Below are positions 61,001-64,000 of a stretch of DNA of 64,000 nucleotides, one piece after another. Source of the stretch: Callorhinchus milii (Eukaryota). The stretch covers positions 79,672,001 through 79,736,000 of the forward strand of contig NW_024704742.1 of the NCBI RefSeq assembly GCF_018977255.1, read 5' to 3'. Numbering within the stretch: the stretch's first letter is position 1; each line of letters opens with the position of its first letter. The translations under genes and the position numbers were made by a program. The notes beneath the pieces were generated by a model, which saw nothing but the letters and a program-made list of their open reading frames with translations, did not search any database and had not been told where the DNA came from.

Positions 61001-62687
61001 TCTCTCACCCAATCCCTCTGTCTTTCCCCCTACTTCCCCTCTTTTAGATCATGATTGAAGATCTTCTTCAATTGTGTTTACGGCCACCTCCTCCCTACTG
61101 CCAGCTCGGCATCAGTCTCCGCTGCTGTTAAGCGCTTCGAGACACTGCCCAACATGAAGGGTACTATATAAATGCAAGTTGTTGTTGGTATATCGTGCGC
61201 AGAGGGCACAAAACTGGAGTTTTAAATGTTGTATTTGTTGTGTTATGCAAAAATAAATGCCCACATTAAGAGTGAATGGACAAATGCTACCAATTTCATG
61301 TAGCTTGAAAGGGTGGCAATTCAAGTGCGGATGCAAATACGTTTAAATTTAAATAAAAATGCAATGGTCGAATACACTATCTCAATAACGGCTCCTTCTC
61401 TAAGACAGTACTTTACAAATATCATGACAAGAAAATGCATATTTGTACAGTATTGAAGGAATACCAGCTTGAGTTTAAAACAGGCTGAGAAAAATAACAA
61501 GCATTTCAACTTTAATTTTTTTGGTCAGCTAGTTGTCTGACACATGCAAAAACCCATCACTGTGTTAAAGAGTATCCAAACCAGACTGAGTGTTCCACAT
61601 ATATATGCCACTTACACATGGAAACTTTCCTGTGTCTACAGTGGAATGCACAATCTCTCCCAGGAGGGATGCACCCTGCTTACATAATTTCAGGGAATGT
61701 TTTGCACAGGTTGCAAGGGCCAGCCAAGGCTTCGAAAGCCCAGAGTGTGTGCTAGGGTAGTGCTGGAGTTTAAACAGTTAAAACTACACAGCTTGCCACT
61801 GAAAGCACTGCCTGACAAGTCCAGCTAGGACTATCCTACCAATTAAGACATTGGCTTGCAGGATTAACAGGAACTGAATCAGAAGAATCTCTGTCCCCAG
61901 TGATTCGTCTGTTCCTGCAAGTCTTGCAACGAGCCAGGCTGGCTCAGGAACTTAACTATCGAGACCATCACAGAGGATTGACTCGATTTCGACAGTCCTT
62001 TACCCCATTTACCTCCGCACTGAGGAGGATTGTCACTAATTGGTCATTTGATCATCTTTAAAATGAATCTATAGTAATAGCACGATGACAGCTGATTGTG
62101 CCCTAATATACCCACATACTTGCTTTCAAATAATAATAATCCTTGAGTTTAATATAGTGCCTTATCACATCATTAAGGCATCTCAAAACATTTCACAGAA
62201 TATACTGTAAAGTGGATTGACTTTTTGTGGGCAAAATCTCAGCTATGCCACCTCAAGGACTTTGACAGCATTGGTCTTCTTTGTAGTAAATTTCAAAGTG
62301 GACTTAGTGAGGTAGTCAATCTGCCTCCTGAACCTGGGACAGGAAAACGTGAGCAAGGGGAAAGAAAGAACATAAGATTCAAAAGACAGACGTTCACTCT
62401 GAACAGAAGTAAATCATTTACCTCAGCTAATAATCTGGGAAGGGTGTCTGTATGTGCTTCAGTTGCCACTTTCAGTAAAGTGGAGGTATTGGCTGCAAAT
62501 GTCTTCCAGTAACCTTTAAGTTTATTTGCCTCATTCAGAGATGCCCGGCTTTCAGTTATGATCTCTGTTAACTTTCTGTCTTCAGATTGTAACTGTGTGA
62601 GCTGATTAGCTTTCAGGTGTAGAGCCTCCAATTCCTTGAAGTAATTGTGGATCAGATCTATTAAACTCTTTGTGCAAGAGTCACATT
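993..62687 (-). CDS. Multi-exon gene, incomplete in window: laminin-alpha-like coiled-coil protein with a C-terminal MAM domain. Exons: 62687-62422, 51525-51359, 50974-50815, 50723-50640, 39671-39522, 31439-31292, 29915-29751, 16839-16663, 13461-13364, 1080-993
   Basis: All exons have AG/GT boundaries with matching phases (1|0|2|0|0|0|1|1|1|0|1) and join into one stop-free frame. The product has heptad-rich helical sequence, several N-glycosylation sequons (NTS, NVT, NQS, NMT, NAS, NRT) and canonical MAM motifs. Confidence 0.82.
1190..1480 (-). mobile_element. Deu-core tRNA-derived SINE
   Basis: Reverse strand shows a tRNA-like head (ctcagttg...gttgtgggttcaagcc), the core gatcctatgg and tgctgtgtgcaaattggctgcc; matches many other copies in the window. 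Confidence 0.7.
1905..2315 (+). mobile_element. Deu-core tRNA-derived SINE
   Basis: Head ggctcagtt...gggttcaaacc, core ggtggacgttaaagatcccatgg, and L2-like tail tgtgaagcgatttgagac. Confidence 0.75.
2751..3665 (-). mobile_element. CR1 LINE 3' fragment (RT C-terminus and 3' UTR)
   Basis: Translates to [30 protein letters not shown]...AVNEANQM, with a (TTCTTATG)-like tail at 2751-2772. Confidence 0.85.
5405..5835 (+). mobile_element. L2 LINE 3' fragment
   Basis: [16 protein letters not shown] motif, then the gcgccttgggatgtcctcctgacatgaaagg tail and (TTG)n. Confidence 0.8.
10583..11359. mobile_element. Solo LTR, probably Gypsy-type, inserted in a Deu SINE
   Basis: Termini cGTTAGAA ... TTCTAACA form inverted repeats (the 5' TG is mutated). 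4-bp TSD GTTA at 10579-10582 and 11360-11363. The host SINE resumes exactly afterwards. Confidence 0.7.
10886..11037. repeat. Tandem repeat, about 4 copies of a 32-39 bp unit, inside the LTR
   Basis: The core ccatctcccgtatccttgtctcc recurs four times. Confidence 0.9.
13364..13461 (-). CDS. Exon: MAM domain part 3 ([33 protein letters not shown])
   Basis: atttag|AT ... AAG|gtagga, 98 nt, phase 1 to 0. Carries the W...GN.G..W..A.I MAM motif. Confidence 0.92.
14330..15250. mobile_element. Back-to-back L2 3' fragments (minus about 14330-14640, plus about 14640-15250) with an internal 35-bp duplication
   Basis: L2 tails at both ends. tctaacccactaccaacctgcccgctccctccgct occurs at about 14925 and 15013. 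Confidence 0.75.
15957..16308 (-). mobile_element. tRNA-Ala-derived SINE inserted in a Deu SINE (about 15830-16550, plus strand)
   Basis: Head tgtagctcagtggttagagtgctagccttgcaag and (ATT)n tail. The host SINE continues on both sides. Confidence 0.8.
16663..16839 (-). CDS. Exon: MAM domain part 2 ([38 protein letters not shown]...[12 protein letters not shown])
   Basis: cactgacag|GA ... AAG|gtaaga, 177 nt, phase 1 to 1. Carries G.Y.YIE, A.L.SP, C.SF.FH and L.VY MAM motifs. Confidence 0.93.
18465..18832 (-). mobile_element. tRNA-Ala-derived SINE
   Basis: Collinear with the copies at 15957 and 40464. Confidence 0.8.
20368..20510. mobile_element. Possible Tc1/mariner (Tigger-like) DNA transposon end
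   Basis: TA|CAGTGGAAGCCGCTTTAGCTGGAC start with internal ccggataa/ttaatccggac repeats. No partner end was found. Confidence 0.3.
21447..25168 (+). mobile_element. Near-full-length L2 LINE (APE endonuclease + RT), frameshifted
   Basis: APE motifs LQNIRSL, LTETWL, GGGVA, ILGDFN; RT motifs [33 protein letters not shown]. (TTG)n tail and TSD TAAACCA at 21440-21446 and 25169-25175. Confidence 0.95.
21930..22250 (-). mobile_element. tRNA-Ala-derived SINE inserted in the L2 ORF
   Basis: Splits [12 protein letters not shown], flanked by a CACATT duplication; has a tRNA-like head and (ATT)n tail. Confidence 0.92.
25377..26058 (-). mobile_element. Penelope-like element 3' fragment (GIY-YIG C-terminus)
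   Basis: [27 protein letters not shown]; 13-bp TSD ACTTTACAGTATA at 25364-25376 and 26059-26071. Homologous to 32704-34003. Confidence 0.85.
28790..29335 (+). mobile_element. L2 LINE 3' fragment
   Basis: [24 protein letters not shown] motif with the L2 tail and (TTG)n. Confidence 0.85.
29751..29915 (-). CDS. Exon: MAM domain part 1 ([49 protein letters not shown])
   Basis: tttccttatag|AG ... CAG|gtaaat, 165 nt, phase 1 to 1. Carries the MAM signatures CDF..CG, DDFDW and GP..DHT.G. Confidence 0.93.
30745..31120 (-). mobile_element. L2 LINE 3' fragment
   Basis: (CAA)n tail on the plus strand and [13 protein letters not shown]. Confidence 0.75.
31292..31439 (-). CDS. Exon: end of laminin domain II-like coil ([49 protein letters not shown])
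   Basis: ttttttcccttccgcag|AGC ... GAG|gtaaac, 148 nt, phase 0 to 1. The ending resembles the 'ASKIQVSM.F.G'-type motif that precedes LG1 in laminin alpha chains. Confidence 0.85.
31705..32255 (+). mobile_element. L2 LINE 3' fragment
   Basis: [18 protein letters not shown]...ARSLHS followed by the L2 tail. Confidence 0.85.
32704..34003 (+). mobile_element. Penelope-like element (GIY-YIG endonuclease region), inserted in a Deu SINE and interrupted by an L2 3' fragment (33180-33456)
   Basis: [56 protein letters not shown] at 32693-32703 and 34004-34014. The inner L2 is flanked by TGAACC. Confidence 0.9.
34540..34850 (-). mobile_element. tRNA-Ala-derived SINE
   Basis: Collinear with 40464-40788. 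Confidence 0.88.
35860..35901 (-). CDS. Possible small in-frame exon ([14 protein letters not shown])
   Basis: caacag|TTC ... AAG|gtatgg, 42 nt, phase 0 to 0, coil-like. The polypyrimidine tract is poor. Confidence 0.25.
37626..37951. mobile_element. hAT-type non-autonomous element (MITE)
   Basis: Termini CAGGGGTGG / CCACCCTG and an 8-bp TSD ACTGGAAG / ACTGGAAA (7 of 8 match). Confidence 0.7.
39522..39671 (-). CDS. Exon: coiled coil ([50 protein letters not shown])
   Basis: ttttgcatccattag|ACC ... AAG|gtcagt, 150 nt, phase 0 to 0, heptad pattern. Not present in the ORF track. Confidence 0.8.
40020..41920 (-). mobile_element. 5'-truncated L2 LINE (RT region) interrupted by two tRNA-Ala SINEs
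   Basis: [38 protein letters not shown]. SINEs at 40464-40788 and about 41625-41840. Confidence 0.9.
40464..40788 (+). mobile_element. Young full-length tRNA-Ala(TGC)-derived SINE
   Basis: A box TAGCTCAGTGG, anticodon arm ctcgc-tttgcaa-gcgag, B box GTTCAATTCC, partial Deu core, L2-like tail and (ATT)n. Confidence 0.92.
42937..44130 (-). mobile_element. 5'-truncated L2 LINE inside a Deu SINE (about 42810-44405, minus strand)
   Basis: [36 protein letters not shown]; the host SINE halves flank it. Confidence 0.88.
46411..46580 (+). promoter_or_regulatory. Putative Pol II promoter at the L2 5' end (GC box, TATA box, Inr, CRE-like palindrome)
   Basis: GGGGCGGAG 46437-46445, TATAAA 46464-46469, TCAGTC Inr with its A at 46494 (30 nt from the TATA start), and GTGACGT-N7-ACGTCAC at about 46556-46576. 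Confidence 0.6.
46411..49919 (+). mobile_element. Apparently full-length L2 LINE, degenerate
   Basis: [49 protein letters not shown]; several stops and frameshifts; (TTG)n tail; CpG-rich 5' end. Confidence 0.93.
50640..50723 (-). CDS. Exon or frameshifted exon tail ([28 protein letters not shown])
   Basis: Ends at a consensus donor GCA|gtaagt in phase 0. Needs either a 91-nt intron (50724-50814) or a 1-nt frameshift upstream. Confidence 0.55.
50815..50974 (-). CDS. Exon: coiled coil ([19 protein letters not shown]...[11 protein letters not shown]); 3' boundary uncertain
   Basis: Strong acceptor ttctctgttttag|T in matching phase 2. The candidate donor CAG|gtactt is weak and the frame stays open beyond it. 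Confidence 0.7.
51359..51525 (-). CDS. Exon: coiled coil ([55 protein letters not shown])
   Basis: ttacag|GTA ... CAG|gtatgc, 167 nt, phase 0 to 2. The heptad register continues across the junction with the previous exon. Confidence 0.85.
51683..51965 (+). mobile_element. Deu-core tRNA-derived SINE
   Basis: Head tggctcagttggtagcact...gggttcaagacc and core gtggatgttaaagatgccatggca. Confidence 0.75.
56988..57004 (-). promoter_or_regulatory. CTCF-like binding motif
   Basis: The minus strand reads ACCACTAGGCGGCGCTC, close to the CCASYAGRKGGCRS consensus. CpGs are retained in an AT-rich unique stretch. Confidence 0.5.
57140..57330 (-). mobile_element. CR1 LINE fragment
   Basis: [23 protein letters not shown], homologous to the copy at 60190. 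Confidence 0.65.
60190..60790 (+). mobile_element. CR1 LINE 3' fragment
   Basis: [24 protein letters not shown] ... [29 protein letters not shown]. Confidence 0.85.
62422..62687 (-). CDS. Exon: end of LE repeat and start of laminin-alpha-like domain I coiled coil ([23 protein letters not shown]...PRLLAE)
   Basis: Acceptor ctcttcag|AA, donor GAG|gtaaat, 266 nt, phase 1 to 0. CDxC followed by an amphipathic helix resembles the LE/domain I junction of laminin alpha chains. Confidence 0.85.
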
Positions 62688-62824
62688 CTGAAGAGTGGAC
62701 AGGCAGAGGAGGAAAAGGTGTTAATGAGAACTGTAATACTGTATGTCTACACATGCATGCTAAACTACATTAGAAAGCAAGTATCAGGATCAAAACACAA
62801 ACAGGCTTTGGTGATGACACGGTG

Positions 62825-63220
62825 ATAGCCTAGTTCAGTTGGTAATATTCTCAACTCTGAGGCAGAAGGTTGTAGGTTTAATTCCTACATCAGGACATTG
62901 AGCTCACAGTCTAGACTGACACTACAATGCAGTGCCAGAGGTGTGCTGCATTGTCACAGGTGCAGTCCTTCAAATGGGACATTAAGCCAAGGTCCTGTCT
63001 GCTGCTCAGGTGGACGTTAAAGATCCAATGGGGCTACTCAGAAAGAGAAGGAAGTTCTTACTATTGCTCTGGCAACAATCCTCCAGGTAAAATTGGTCAT
63101 TCATGTCACAACTGTTTGTAAGACATTGCTGTGTACAAATTGATCACAACATTTTGAAGTAAATCCTGTGAAGTACTTTCAGACTTCCTCCTGATCTGAA
63201 TGTGCTACATCAGTTGCAAA
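62825..63220 (+). mobile_element. Deu-core tRNA-derived SINE; an opposite-strand copy lies at about 63380-63655
   Basis: tRNA-like head and the caggtggacgttaaagatcc core. Confidence 0.75.
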
Positions 63221-64000
63221 AATACAACTTTTATAATAATGTACCTAATAATGTAACAATTTTGACAATTATAATAAGAAATTCCCACAAGATGTATATA
63301 TTGTCAAAGCCTAAACCACGGAGCCCAAAACAATAATAATCTGACACTTGGTAGGTATAGTACCTTTACGTCGGCTGACAAATTTTATTTGAGTTAATTG
63401 TTGTCCAGAACATTGGGAGAAACTCCCTTCTCTTTTCGAACAGTGCTATGGGATCTTTAACATCCACCTGAATAGGCAGAAAAAACCTCTGTTTAATATT
63501 TTATCTGAAGAATGGCATTTCTAACAATGGAGCACATCCCATCACTGTATTGGAGTGTCATCTAAGACCATGTCAGTTCAAGTCCTGACATGGGGCTTGA
63601 ACTCACTACTTTCCGACTCAGCGGAAAGAGTGCTATCAACTGAGTCAGGCTGACACAGATGCACCATTCACCTATGCTTCTGTTGAGCATTTTCAATGTT
63701 TGGATTTAACAGTGAGTAAACTTGTGAATAAACTTGACAGCAGCGACTTGTAAAAGGACTTGAAAGGATGGAATCCAACTTGTACTTGAATGTGTCTTAC
63801 GCTAATTAGCTGACATTTTGTACGGACTCCAATCTCCTGCTGGAGAAACTCTTTCAATTTCAATTCAGGAAAAACAGAATTGAGATCGGCAACCACGACA
63901 TGAGTCTGAAGCACATCCCAGCATACACAGATTCTATATTTAGAAATCCTTTTCTGTGCTGCAGTATCTTGCAGCAATGCTGCCATTTATTTACCACTTC

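Noticed and set aside
63693..63986. 97-aa minus-strand ORF as the upstream exon of the laminin-like gene
   Set aside because: It has no LE cysteine pattern, and its best donor is phase 0 while the next exon needs phase 1.

Overview
Eukaryotic, repeat-rich genomic DNA. The mix of L2, CR1 and Penelope retroelements with Deu-core and tRNA-Ala SINEs suggests a cartilaginous fish, possibly a chimaera (inference). Most long six-frame ORFs are transposon debris. Spread across the whole window on the minus strand are about 10 phase-compatible GT-AG exons of one multi-exon gene. The gene starts beyond the right edge and may continue past the left edge. The spliced product reads as the end of a laminin EGF-like repeat (ECDSC) and a laminin-alpha-like coiled coil of about 325 aa. 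That coil ends in a domain-II-like motif ([13 protein letters not shown]) and is followed directly by a complete four-cysteine MAM domain, at the position where laminin alpha chains carry LG domains. This laminin-coil + MAM architecture is the main candidate for an undescribed protein. The introns hold two near-full-length degenerate L2 LINEs (one with a monomer-type TATA/Inr promoter), nested SINE/L2/Penelope clusters with clear TSDs, a solo LTR, a hAT-type MITE and a CTCF-like site. All family calls come from reading motifs by eye; no database searches were run.
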